Assembly: GCA_964016885.1 (NCBI GenBank)
Contig: OZ024747.1
Coordinates: forward strand, 89,714,001 to 89,778,000
Length of the DNA: 64,000 nt
From: Eledone cirrhosa
Taxonomy: Eukaryota
Reading direction: 5' to 3'
Positions 39,399-52,107 of this stretch are shown one piece after another. Under the pieces are notes generated by a model. The model saw nothing but the letters and a program-made list of their open reading frames with translations. It had not been told where the DNA came from and did no database searches. A program made the translations under genes and the position numbers. The first letter of the stretch is position 1, and every line of letters begins with the position of its first letter.

Positions 39399-40277
39399 CG
39401 AGGTGGGTCAGAAAAGTTCCAGGACTGATGTCACAAAAGATTTATTTCAAACCCAAACTTCACACTAAGAGTTTTCTCCTTCAAAGTAGTCCCTCTGGAG
39501 GCTAATGCAATTTTCCATCCTTTTCTGCCACGCTTGCATGCACTCCTGGAAGGATTCTTCCGGGATCCTCCACAGTTCCATCGTCACAGCCTTTTTGATG
39601 TCGTCCACGCCTTCAAAACGGGTTCACTCTGGGTTGTACTCGAAGATCCATGACTCATCACCAGTGATGACTGTCCCTAGCAAGTCTGGTTTGGTTTCAA
39701 GACACTCGAGGATGTCCTGGCACACTTGCATGCATCGACCCTTCTGGTCATAGTTCAGCAGTTTTGGCACCATCTTCGTGCAGACTTTCCGCATGTCCAA
39801 ATCTTCAGTGAGAATCTTCCAGACGCTGTCCCGATTCATGCCCGGCTCATTTGCCATCAGTCGAACAGTCAGCCGATGATCGCTACGCACCATCTGCCTG
39901 TTGCGCTCAATGTTGACCTCAGTCCTGGTTGTTGAGGGCCTTCCGCTCCTGGGGTCATCTTCCACGTCCTTGCGTCCTTCTTTAAACCTCTTGCACCACT
40001 CAAAAACACATGAGCATGACATCGTCTCATCTCCATACACTTGCTGCAGCAATCCCAGTGCTTCTGACGGAGTTTTCAAGTTTGTTCGTTGCTCTGTAGT
40101 CATTGCTTGACGACCTGAAACAGAGGACACGTATATAAAATTATGAAGAAAAAAGTTTGATCGCTGCAGAGAGCTTACTTTGGGGATTACTTTGAAGGAG
40201 AAAACTCTTAGTGTGAAGTTTGGGTTTGAAATAAATCTTTTGTGACATCAGTCCTGGAACCTTTCTGACACACCTCA
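39399..40277 (-). mobile_element. Internally deleted mariner transposon with ~95-bp inverted termini
   Basis: Transposase HTH region, DDPRSGRP, MVPKLL and VITGDESW, then a jump to the C-terminal TRFEGVDDIK...DYFEGENS*. TA on both flanks; inverted repeats at 39399-39493 and ~40183-40277. Confidence 0.95.
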
Positions 40278-40290
40278 TATATATATATAT

Positions 40291-40530
40291 CTAGGGCGGG
40301 TAAAATTCTCGAGATCCATGGACGAGTTCTCTCCAGTGGTCTCTGTCCCTCATTATCGCTGCCATGTCTTGCGTCTCCAACAGACCAGTGTCTGTCCTTA
40401 GGGCATCAACATACGTTAACCTTGGTCTTCCTCTTCCAGTATGTCCATGCAGGGGCTCCCACAGGAGCACTAAGTGCAGTGTCAACTCTGGATGTCGGTG
40501 AGCATGTCCAGCTAACCTCAGTCTCCTCTG
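40291..40530 (-). mobile_element. RTE LINE 3' fragment, same family as 12180-13035
   Basis: QRRLRLAGHAHRHPE...REFYPP*, near-identical to 12196-12435. Confidence 0.9.
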
Positions 40531-41040
40531 CAAATCCAAATTAGCAGTGGCGGAGGGTGTTCTGAAAATACAGTAACCAGAGAAAGAATGGGATGGAGAA
40601 AGTTCGGGGAGCTATTAAGGCTGTTTGCTACAAAAGGTTTTTTCTTCAAAAATGAAGAGCAGATTGTATGATGCATGTATACAAACAGCAATGTGGCATA
40701 GTAGTGAGACTTACGAAGGTGGGAAAGAAATGAAGCCTGCATGCTCCTATGGATGTATATGAACAACAAAGCATAAATGAAGAGAGAGAGAGAGAGACTG
40801 GGCATAAAAGGGATCAGATGTAGTGTGCAAGAGCAGAGGTTGTATTGGTATGGCCATATGATGCATATGAGGGATGGCAGCTGTATAAAAAGGTGCAAAG
40901 CGATCAAAGTTAATGGAAGCTATGGAGTGGGAAGACCTGGGATGAGGTGATAAATGCTGTGCTTGCACAATTAAACTTCTCAAAGTCGATGACACAGGAC
41001 TGAGATCTCTGTTATGCAGTAATACAGAAGACCAATCTTT
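40531..41040 (+). mobile_element. Degenerate RTE LINE fragment related to 31419-32125
   Basis: ISSGGGCSENTVTRERMGWRKFGELL and RLYWYGHMMHM across frameshifts. Confidence 0.75.
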
Positions 41041-42850
41041 CCATGAGCACAGGTTGAAGCGAACATCTAGCATGCACCACTTAATCCTTACCCTCCCTAC
41101 ACCTTCCATATATCTCCCATGCCCTGACACTCCACCCACATTCTAATGCTCCCACCAGTCTCTCACACCTTTAAACCCCTCTCCTCAGTCCACACTTTAA
41201 AGGAAACCATGTCAAAATGTAGAGGAAGGTTCTCATAAAATAGAATTTGCAATCATGTCATATTCTACTATTAAAGCCAATCCATTAATTTACCTGCCAT
41301 CACCCTAGGCAAATTTGGAGGCAGGAGGAGAGGCAGACAAAGAAAATCCTGGTCTGACATCATCAATGACTGGACAAAGCACAAACACCACAACTGTTTT
41401 TTGAATAGTGGAGGACAGAGACCAATGCTGACTGCAAAATATGTCTAGAGTAGCACACTGACTGACTGCATGAGTTGTGGAAACTTAAAGAATATAACAT
41501 TTTCTCAGGGAAAGTCAGGCTGTTGCCAGTTTAAATATGCCACATTATTATTAGTAATATAATTACAATGAAAACATTTTCAGTAAAAGTCATCTAAATT
41601 TTATGAATTGCAAATATGTTATATTTACAATTCTCTTTTGGAAAAAATTGTTGAAATGGCAAATATATTCTTGGACACTGATCCACAGGGGAGAATAGTA
41701 AATTAATGTTTTTACAATTTCCAAAGCAAAGGAAGAATAAAATCAGTTTTTTGCTTAAGTGCACGTACAAAAGATAACAGGAGTTACATTTGGGTTAGTC
41801 TAAAGTTCATTATTTACATAAGTGAAGTGAATTAATAATAAATAAATGAAATCTTTACATACGAACCTATGTTTGCTGACTTGAAAAATACAATTAGGAA
41901 ATTTATGTTAAGAATCAATAAAAATTTGATTATTATGTTTTTAAAAAATAATATAACAAAAATATCAACTTTTGTTGATAGTAAGGAATTTTCACATCAT
42001 GTACTATACATAAATTGAGAAGATAAAGTTATAGGTTCTTTTCATTATATATATATGTGCGTGTTTGTATGTGTGTTGATGTAGATGTAATGCAGAAATT
42101 AGTTTTGACTAATAATGATCAAATAATTAAGTTGGAGTGATAAGTTTAATTAATTTTTTTTAAATTACTTCACCTGAAAATTCTTGTTTTAATATGAAAT
42201 CCAATTAAGGATTATTTATTGATGAAGAAGTAATATTTAATTTTAATTCATAAAGATAACATTTAACGTTTCAAATATTTACTATATTATCTATAAATAT
42301 CTTAATGAATTGTTTTCTAAAGAACTTTTAAACTTTCCAGACTACATATTGAATCAGTCAGTTTCAATTATAGAAAATTTATCTAGTATTTCCAAGCTAT
42401 ATGTTTTGAACGCTTTAACTCTTTAGCATCTAAACCAGCTAAATTAATCTACTAGACATAATGTGTCACCTAGTTTAATACCCTAAAGTTTATTAATAAC
42501 AACATTTTAAAAGATAAAAGATCTACATGAAATTACATAGTAGTAAAGTTCACAGTTTTTAACAAACAAATATGCTGCCAATCTGATGACACAGATAGCT
42601 TGAAATTACCAACACAGATACCATACACACATATATTTCTTTTACATGATTACATAAATATTTTACATGAAAATATAGAATCAAAGTGTCAATCTGTCAC
42701 ACATCACAAGAGTGCCAGAGCCTAACTCTAATATTTTTTTAGACAATCCAACACACTGGCAGCATTACCACAGGTGATAACAAGGCTAAGGTGCTGGAAC
42801 AACCACTATCTGGCCCTTGGGTTTCCTAGCAGTATTTGCTATGTGCATTT

Positions 42851-43195
42851 ATCTATCTAGGACAGGTAAAATTCCCAAGAATTTTATGACTACACTGTTA
42901 AGGAGCAGTCAGGTCAATAACTGCTCCTTGACAGTGTAGGTAGGGGCACTAACCCTAGTGTTGTTAAATACACTCTCCATGGTTCTTTTCAATGGCTGAT
43001 AATACCTTACTGGCGCCACTTGAGTAAGGTAATTATTTAACCCATAAAGAGGGTCCTAACAGGTACTACTACTCTGGGCCAGAGCAGACCTGGGAGTGAT
43101 AACAACTAACGGATAACTCCACATTCCCCACAGCTCCTGAACTCCTGAACTGGAGCCTTGTCTCTGGATGCAGTTAAATGTCATAACCAGGACAA
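42851..43195 (-). mobile_element. SINE-like element ending in the same 3' tail as the RTE at 12180
   Basis: Minus strand ends TCTTGGGAATTTTACCTGTCCTAGATAGAT, matching TCTCGGGAATTTTACCCGCCTTAGATAG; the body is non-coding. Confidence 0.6.
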
Positions 43196-44556
43196 TATGC
43201 ATTTATATTTGTGTTTATCAATGACATTATAATGACATTATATTTGTATTCATAAACAGTAAATATATGTATGCCATGTATCTGTGTCTGTGTCTGAAGG
43301 TGTGTGGTTTAGTGGTTAGGGTGTTTGGTTCATGATCATTAGATGCATTTTATTATACCATCGGCATTAGAGGGGTTATTTGTAACTGGACTAAAGAGTT
43401 ATCTCTACCCTGTATCAGTATTTATATGGAGTTATTTATTTGGTTCATTCTTCATTAGTATATATTATTGTATCTAAGTCTTTTATTGATCATTTATGAA
43501 TATGTCACTGATATTCCATTCCATTATAACATTCTTTCACTGACTCTGTTAACGACATATATAACTAAAAAAATATGGATTGTAATAAAATCAATATAGC
43601 AGTTTATGTGTGCTTAGTCAATATCTCTATTACAATGCACTTGTTTTAGTTTCAACACAATGATCTCAGAAAGAGTTATAATAATAATAATGAAGGGTTC
43701 TGCTCAAAATATTTGATGTTTTCCTCTTCCTCATGACAAAACAATATATTAGATTTTTAAAAACTCTTTATCCTCACTAATTGCCTATGGAAACCATCAC
43801 TGGTTTCCCTGTATTTTACTGTTTACTATAGATATTAAGTAGGTTGATATTTTGGATAAGCAATTTAATTCAAAGACAACAAAAGTATAATCAAAACTGG
43901 TCCCATTTTGTAACTGATTGTGAAATGCCAGTTTTTCCCCCTTTCTCTTTAATAAAAAAGCAAAGCTTTTATTGACCATATATTTACCAATAGAATGACC
44001 ATTTACAGTTGAATAATTTTTATTAATCATATAGCTTTGTATACATGTATGCTTCAACTGTTTACAAATGTATATAAACCAATGTAGATGAAGCCAATAA
44101 TTTGAAATTTATATGTGTATGCACATATAGGCTTATGCTCATGCATGTACTCTTACAACAGATATATAACTATATCGACATACAGATATGTTTTTAAAAT
44201 TTTCATTTCTATTTAATAGTTTGATGCTTGATTTTGCACTAATCATTCTTGCATTTAGTTATTAAATAGATTTTTCCAGAAAAAAATTGTTGAAATTTTT
44301 ATTTTATTAACAGATAACCAATTTTCTCATTTTTAAAGATCACCATACTTTTATATGATGCTTATTTTTTTGTTATGATTTTTCTATATCTTCCTTACAA
44401 ATTCTTTTCATTAAAATTCAGTCATGAATTGATTGCTATTGACTGATCCATTTTAGTTTACTCACCATTCTATCCACATGGATTATATTATTATGTTTCA
44501 TTTTTTTTTGTGATTGCTCTTGGTTTAGTTGGTATATATATATATATATATATATA

Positions 44557-44639
<83 letters not shown>

Positions 44640-45189
44640 GTGTGTGTGTGTGTAAATTTTTTCTTGCTTTAATTCAAAGATTTCCTCTCAACTGTCTATT
44701 GGAAATATTTGTTGGGCCAAGTTCATGAGTAAAATTAGTATAAGAAGTGTAGTGAGATATGTAATTAGATAAAATAAATCCTATTATGATTGCTTCACCA
44801 TCTTAAATACATATCATCCCGCCTGACCCATCTCTGCCACAAAAAACAGAAACTTATTTAATTTTTTACTTTTTATATTTACTTAGTTTTTAGATTGTTT
44901 AAATTGCAAAAAAGCAAAAAAATGTTAACCATAAAATTATTGATTATCAGGAATAATATGTGTATGTAGATATGAGTGTGGAAATACTATCTATATATTT
45001 ACATAGTTAAAACTGAATATATATATATATATATTATATGACAAGTAAAACCATTATTCAACTTTGTACTCCATACTTTAAAGAAAATAGATATTATTTG
45101 TAAACACAATGGTTTAAGCTTGAACATTAGTTTTACATGTAAAAGATAATATACATGCACACACACATGGATGATCATTGTTTTACACC

Positions 45190-45472
45190 TAGAAAGTTCC
45201 CCTCTGAGGCTCAAGCTTGGGCAAGGTGTGTTTGTGGAAGACCGGCTGTCACCCATGCATGCCAGTCTCCCCTCTCCAGGCCACCAATGTTATCCAATTG
45301 AAAGGTAATGGCAAATACAGCTTGGTACCAGTGATGTCACAACTTATTTCTGAGTGAACTGGAACAATGAGAAATAAAGTGTTTTTCTCAAGAATACAAT
45401 GCACTGCCGGCCCAGGATTTGAAATCACAACCTTGTGATTGTAAGCCCAACGCTCTAACTACTAAGCCTTGC
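45190..45472 (-). mobile_element. tRNA-derived SINE (head related to families A/B)
   Basis: Head GGCTTAGTAGTTAGAGCGTTGGG and core CTTGAGAAAAACACTTTATT on the minus strand. Confidence 0.65.
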
Positions 45473-45739
45473 CCTGTCACACACACACACACGGTCACAC
45501 ACGGTCACACACACACATGCATAATGAAACCATGTTGACCTGCACTAATAGATATAGAATGATATTTATTTTAACAGTTTATCTTAGTTAACCAAATTAT
45601 ATTGTAAATATACTGTATGCTGTAAAGGATAACAATATTACATACAATACTGTAAACATCATATCACTATATACAACATATATAGATATTATAAAGTTAT
45701 TCAAATGCCTGAAGTTGTATGCCAGTACTTCCAAGAATG

Positions 45740-46530
45740 AGCTGTACTGCAGCACATAAGAGATGCCAAGTTTTATGCCATCTATAAGATTAAAAAACAA
45801 GAAAAGTTACGGCAACAATCACAGAAGAATATATCTCTGAAATGTTGTTGGCAAAAGCTTTCCTCGGGACATATTTAAATACCTACTGAAACTGACAGAA
45901 TGTGTATACCCTGAGTCACAGTGCAGATTCTGGACTGAAAGATCAATTGTAGATATGGTATTCTCCCTTCACAAACTTCAGTAGTGACAAGTACAATATA
46001 TGCCCCTATTCATGGCTTTTATTGATATTACTGTAGCATTTGACCTGGTCAGCAAAGACACCTGACTCTTCAACATATCATGCCATAGAGCTGAGAGAGG
46101 AGTCCATGTGCCACACATCAAAGACATGCTAGTTGTGGATGATGCCATGATGTTCACGTACAATCCACAGGAATTCCATTCACTGATGGACCATTTCTTT
46201 TATACTTGCAAATATTTATGGCTGACAATCAGTCTGAAGAAGACAAGCCTCCTGAGACAAGATACAGAGCAACTACCAGTCAACAGCATTGACGACTATA
46301 AATCCAATGTCATCTATGATTTTACCTACATCAGCTTTACTGTTAAGGCAATCTTTCCTCAGACATGGAGATTTACAAAAGGATTGGAAAGGCAGCTTCA
46401 GCTTTTGCCCATCTCACATCTTTAGTGTAGACAACTCTCAAGTTGACAGCTAAGACAAAGATGGCCATTTACAATATCTGTCATAATCACACTATTGTGA
46501 AGCATGGGCTATATATGCCAATCAGGAGAG
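45740..46530 (+). mobile_element. Old, degenerate RTE (BovB-like) RT fragment
   Basis: YPESQCRFWTERSIVDMVF, AFIDITVAFDLVS, MLVVDDA and LTISLKKT motifs broken by stops. Confidence 0.75.
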
Positions 46531-46669
46531 AAGACTATTGTATTAGTGGTGGATAAAGCATAGAGAGGTGATAATGAATCTGCTGACCAGATTTTAGAGT
46601 GTGTCTGTTAGTGACTTTATGCCAAATAATTGAGTCTTTTCTCTTTGCTATCATAAAATAAAATAACGC

Positions 46670-47010
46670 TTCAAAGCACAGCTGAATGGTTAAGGAGTTT
46701 CCATTAAAATCATTAGGTCCTAGGTTCAATCCCACTGTGTGGCATCATGGGCAAGTGTCATTACCATATCCTCAGGTGTGTGAAACTGGGTAGATGTTAA
46801 ACTATTTAGAAGGCTGCCAGATGGATTGCAGCTGAAACTCAGGGGGTCCGCCTTGTCATACACAGTGGGACGTGTTGAATCTCTCTGAGATTTTGGTTAA
46901 GAGTACATGTGTTTATAGAATGCTGAACCACAGTCATCTAAATTTCATGAGTAAGCTGTTTCATTGAAAGACCAACTAGAATACTCATCCTTAAAACCAA
47001 CAGAGGTCCA
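46670..47010 (+). mobile_element. SINE family B, diverged
   Basis: tRNA-like head with GGTTCAATCCC and a 3' body similar to 48851-49173. Confidence 0.55.
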
Positions 47011-47163
47011 TTCCAATGCTTCACACTCCACAAATTAAATACTTTCAATATTTACTGTTTAAGTACCTTTTGTAATTTAGTCATAATGTGTGGTCAATTG
47101 TTGCACATGGTGGTGAATTGACCCTCCCCCATCTTCTTTTTAATGTTATTTTGTATGTTTATG

Positions 47164-47264
47164 CAAGGTGTCCCCCAAAAATGTATACATACTTTGATTA
47201 CATGTACAAGCAATATGTATTAGAATGTTGTTGAAGTAGATATACATTTTTGGGGGACACCCTG
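47164..47264. mobile_element. 101-bp Tc1/mariner-type MITE
   Basis: CAAGGTGTCCCCCAAAAATGTATA ... TATACATTTTTGGGGGACACCCTG-TA; a partial copy is at ~26367-26447. Confidence 0.85.
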
Positions 47265-48494
47265 TATTTGTGTTTATCAGTGATAGTATATTTGTAATGT
47301 TCTTCTGAATGAATTGAGAGCAATTTATAATGTTATTTACACATTTGTAATGTTTATGTATATATTTAAAACATATTTGTAGAAGGAAAGAATTAAAAAA
47401 AAACAACATAAACCATGTAAATATAAAGATCAATTTGGTTACAGTGTAATTTTGTGCTTAGAACATCAAATCTATATCAAATACAAAAACACAGCCACCA
47501 ATAAATACCAGTTATATACTATTTTGGAGATGTGATTCAGTCGACCAATCTATTCCACTACAAATCTGTGAGCTTATGACATGGTTTATATGTATATATT
47601 TATTTACCACATCACATTAGCTATATATATAAATATATATTGTAGATGCAGTGATTGATGTTTAGAAACAAAAGCTGTCTGGGAGAAATTTCAATAAGTA
47701 ATAAATCTTTAGTAGAAATATTTTTGGGGGTTGTTATTCTACATTAATTTATATCCTATTGTGATGTCTATGATGATGATGATGATATCTGAATATTTGG
47801 TGTGTAACTAATACAGCTAACTGTGGACTCGGGCATGGGTGAACATGTAAGTGGTTTGCTTTGCAATCATGAGGGTTTGATTTCACTGTATCGCATATTT
47901 GGTCATTGCCTTGGATTGCCCTAAGCCTTCTGAATGAAATTCTGTTGAGTATACTTTTACTTCTAATTCAAAAGTCCAGCCTTGTCAAACTTTGTGTCAT
48001 GTTGATTCTGCTTGAAGGGTACATACACACATCTAGAATACTTAATTGATAAAACAACCAAATTCTGATTGTTGAAACTGACAGAGATCCATTAATAGAA
48101 CTAACTGTGGAACCATATAATATATTAGTGTATGTTGTTAACTGATTAATATCAATTAATAGAATTAACTGTACAACTATATAATATATAAGTGCATGTG
48201 GCTTATATTTGAGTATATACAGTATATATATATATATTTTCCAAAATTTATGATTACATATATCTGGATTAGCCTGATCAACACTCAATAATACATGAAA
48301 TGAGTTTGAAGTTTCAAACTGGCAATAAATAATTCGATTTTGAAAGTGCTTTGAATAGAATGCTTAGAAAAGACAGCAAGCATGCACATGCATGTACACT
48401 AGGTCTGAACACTGAGGAGCCAAATTACCCCATCTCTCGCCCACCCCATCTCTCACTATTATGAGCAAATGGGGTCCCATGTGCAGGCTGCCCT

Positions 48495-48820
48495 ATGACC
48501 CTGGCAGGAACAATGGAGAAGGCGTTTCCCCGGAGGATGGTAAAGGAGATGTGCTGGAAGAGCCCTTCCATCTCACAAGGTTCACACCTGCGGCATGCCA
48601 GCTCAGCGCCTATGGTGGTAAGTAGGGAAGTAGCCCTAGGGCCAAGGACACCAGAAGTCTAGACTGCTAGGGGCTCAACTGCAAACCTGTCAGAGAGTGA
48701 CTGATACTTGGAGAGTTTACTTTCCTCAGCTCGAAGTGCAGCAGAACCTGGGTTAGTCGCAGACTGCACCAGGTTGCCACTAGAGAATGTGTCGCTGCAA
48801 GAGACTTCCCAGACGAGTGT
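48495..48820 (-). mobile_element. Non-LTR retrotransposon 3' fragment, restriction-like endonuclease domain (CRE-like)
   Basis: LVWEVSCSDTFS...AEESKLSKYQSL...PLAV*TSGVLGP...LFQHISFTILRGNA with a single stop. Confidence 0.8.
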
Positions 48821-48850
48821 ATGTTGTTAATAATTTCCTATTTATTACGT

Positions 48851-49173
48851 GAAGGTACGTGGCTTTGTGGTTAGGGTATTTGATTCACGATTGTAAGGTT
48901 GTAAGTTCAATTCCCAACGGCATATTGTGTCCTTGAGCAAGACACTTTAATTCACATTGCTTCAGTCCACTCAGCCGGCAAAAGTGAGTTGTACCTGTAA
49001 TTCGAAGAGTTAGCATTGTCACACTCTGTGTCATTCTGAATCTCCCTGAGAACTACGTTAAGGTTGTGTGTTTGTGAAATGCTCCGCGCCTTGTGTGTTA
49101 ATTTCACAAGCAGGCTGTTCCATTGATTGAATCAACTGGAATACTTCGCATCATAACCGACAAAGTGCCAGAA
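48851..49173 (+). mobile_element. tRNA-derived SINE family B, full length
   Basis: TGGCTTTGTGG A box, AAGTTCAATTC B box, CCTTGAGCAAGACACTTT core and a distinct 3' body. Confidence 0.85.
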
Positions 49174-50827
49174 GATTTATTATTATATTTTGTTGTTTTA
49201 TTAGTTAAAGTGTACTTTTTAAAATAGACTTTGCTTTCATAGCATCTTGCTTAACCAGTACTATTCCATTGCTTCTGAAGAAATCTTTTCTCATATTTCC
49301 TTCTTTGTTTCTATGCTTATATTATTTCAATATCACAAGGTGTTTATTCTCTCAATGATAAAGTGTATATTTTTTTGTTACTACCTTTTGGTAAGATCTG
49401 TACAGTTCAATTTACTCTTGTTTTAAAATCATTTATATTATACTCAGCGTTATTTATGAACCCTTTCGAAGCATTCATTTGCAATAATACCACAAAACAA
49501 TCATCAGATCTTTTGTATATATTTTATTTGCTACTTGATCAGAAGATATGATGTAGGCTACAGAATTGTTTGATTTACAGTATAAGAGGATTACTTTTGG
49601 TGTGTCTATTTTTTTTTAACATAGTTTTTATTTATGTATTTCTTTTACTATATCAGAAGTAAATTTGCTCTAGAGATTGTGAACATTTGTATACATTTCA
49701 CATACTAGAAGTTTTGTTCCATTTTTTTTTCACCCTGTATTGTTGTATGCCTATGTCTATTTAAGGGGATGATTGTTGTATTGTAGCAAGGGAGAATAAA
49801 AGTGCAGTTTCTTTCAGTGCTTTATTTTTCAGATCACATATTTCAATTACCTCTTTTCTTTCTAGTTATTTCTATTGTTTGTGTGTTCTGACATAGTCTC
49901 AGACTGTTATTATTGTTGCTGAGATTAAGATTTTGCAAAAAAGATACAAATAAGTGAGGGATAAAGTGATTTGTAGTGTATTAGGTTCGTGTTATATGTT
50001 GCTTTTCTTTTGTGGTTTTGTAGTTTTTATTCTGCATCACAACAACTGAAACTATCCTGTTTTAGTTTCTTAAAACTTTCACTCAGATTATATTTTTCTT
50101 TTACCTTTTCTCAAATGGAGTCCTTGACTTGATTTTAATTCTTACTTGGAATAGCCATAACATCTCATTTCCCTGTCAGGTTTCATTTCTAATTAAGAAA
50201 TCATTGTTATTAATGTAGCCTAAAGGCATTAATGACAGTGATAAGGATTTTTCTTTTGTATCAGTTAGCAGAGATTTCCAATGCTGAATCTATGAAGCAG
50301 ACAACTCTGTCATTGTGTTACTGCTAGTACAAGTAATATTACATTTATATTGCATTAATCTCAACAATTCATTCCTAAGAAAATGGAAGATGAATAAAAT
50401 ATACAAAACCATGATGAGACATATAATTCTATTTCCTCTTTTAAAATAATCTGAAAATTTTTAGTGACTCTTCTCTTGTAAAATACATTACATTAAAGTG
50501 ACCAAGATGTCATAAGTTGAATCGTACTAATATTGAATTGTTGAAAGTTTATGATTGGAGAGAACATATGAGCAAGAAATGGGTTCCAAAATAAAGAAAA
50601 TTGTAAATAATGTTTTGTGCTGGATTTTAAAAGATTTGATTTTGAGAAAATCAGAAATATTATAAATGCTGTTACAAGTTCAAAACAGGTTATCCACTTC
50701 AAAAACACCCAAGACTTTTGTAATAATGGTAAAATAACAAATATATGTATACTTTTGGATTAAAATCTGTGATATTTGCTTTTTTGTGTGTGTGTGTGAA
50801 AGAGAAATATTATTTAAATGTTCTTTA

Positions 50828-51016
50828 AGGCGGTGGATTGGCAGTAGAGGGTCGGATGCCATGCTTTGCAAGCAAAGAGTTACGGCCTTTTATGGTCTGA
50901 GTTCAAATCCTGCCGAGGTTAACTTTGCCTTTCATCCTTACGGGGGTCGATAAAATAAAGTACCACTAATGTACTGGGTAATTGCTGGCCTTGTGCCAAA
51001 AGTAGAAACAATTATT
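50828..51016 (+). mobile_element. SINE family C, full length
   Basis: A/B boxes and body, flanked by repeated ATTATTTAAATGTT (possible target duplication). Confidence 0.9.
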
Positions 51017-51248
51017 TAAATGTTTTTCAATTCCTAAAAAAAACCCACAAAAGAACTACAGTCATCACTTGCAATCGAGTATGACTTGGTAGTATGTATT
51101 GTCCTTTCACTAAGGGTTTTAGGTATCCAAGCAGTTGTGAGCTGACTTAAGATACCCTCTCAACTCTCACTCCCATAATCAAGTGGAGCATCCTGGATGT
51201 GACAGTTGGAAGGAAAGAGAGCTGCATTGATTTATATATATATATATA

Positions 51249-51430
51249 TCATCATCATTCATCATCATTTAATTTTACGTCCGCTTTTTCCCTGCTTGCA
51301 AGGGTGGGACGGGAACTGATTCTGGCTTGATTTCTACAGCTGGATGCCCTTCCTAACACCAACCTCATTTACAGTGAGTGGTGGGTGTTTTTTTGCCGTG
51401 GCACCTCCACGACCACTTTGCAGAGGAATG
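51249..51430 (-). mobile_element. SINE family A, 5'-truncated, between (TA)n runs
   Basis: Matches 465-637. Confidence 0.85.
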
Positions 51431-51439
51431 TATATATAT

Positions 51440-51576
51440 ATATATATATGTATGTATGTAAAAGGTAAACAGAAATAACAACACAATCGGTACAGTATAT
51501 GGAAGGAATATATTAGTTTAACACTTGAAATAGCAGGAAGAGAGTCTTAACATTTCAGACGCTAATCCTTCATCAG
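51440..51576 (-). repeat. Short hammerhead-bearing repeat (Penelope pLTR-like), copy 1
   Basis: Minus strand TCTT-CTGATGA-AGGATTAGCGTCT-GAAA-TGTT-AAGA; reverse complement of 56609-56745. Confidence 0.75.
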
Positions 51577-51843
51577 AAGAAAGAATGAGAAATTAGAAAG
51601 AATGAAGAGATGGGCAGGGTGGAATAGAAAGAATTATTTTTTAAAGAAAAATAACAGGTTGCCTTCTCTCTTTTCATGTTGCCTTCTCTCTCTCTCTTTA
51701 TATATATACATACATTGTGTGTAAGGGGAAACAGAAAGAAAAGAATTTTTAAAACTGCTATATTTCCTCAGGCAATAAAATGCTATTAAATGTTTTAATG
51801 TTGTAAAGGACTTTTAAAGGACAGTTTTCTTCTTTTTTTTCAG

Positions 51844-52107
51844 GAATCTATGCTGAAAGTACACGTAATTCAGCTTGGATATGTGTCGCGGATGATGGAA
51901 CACTCTCTAGTCGCAATGAATCTCCAACTGTGGCACGATTACCATCTATTAGTGATATTGACTGTTCAGAACAAGAGGTTACTGCTGTTGCTGCTGCTGT
52001 TGCTACTACTCCCACTGCTGCTACTGCTGCTACTGCTGCTACTGCTGCTACTGCTGCTACTGCTGCTACTGCTGACTGTAATTCTGCTAAAAAAATTGAT
52101 GATAATG
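51844..52107 (+). CDS. Second coding exon of the host gene (264 nt, phase 1-1)
   Basis: Long poly-T acceptor TTTTTTTTTCAG|, donor G|GTAAGA; open in the frame set by exon 1 (GIYAESTRNSAWICVADDG...KKIDDN). Confidence 0.8.
52013..52073 (+). repeat. Coding 9-bp repeat (ACTGCTGCT)n encoding (Thr-Ala-Ala)n
   Basis: Directly visible inside exon 2. Confidence 0.9.
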
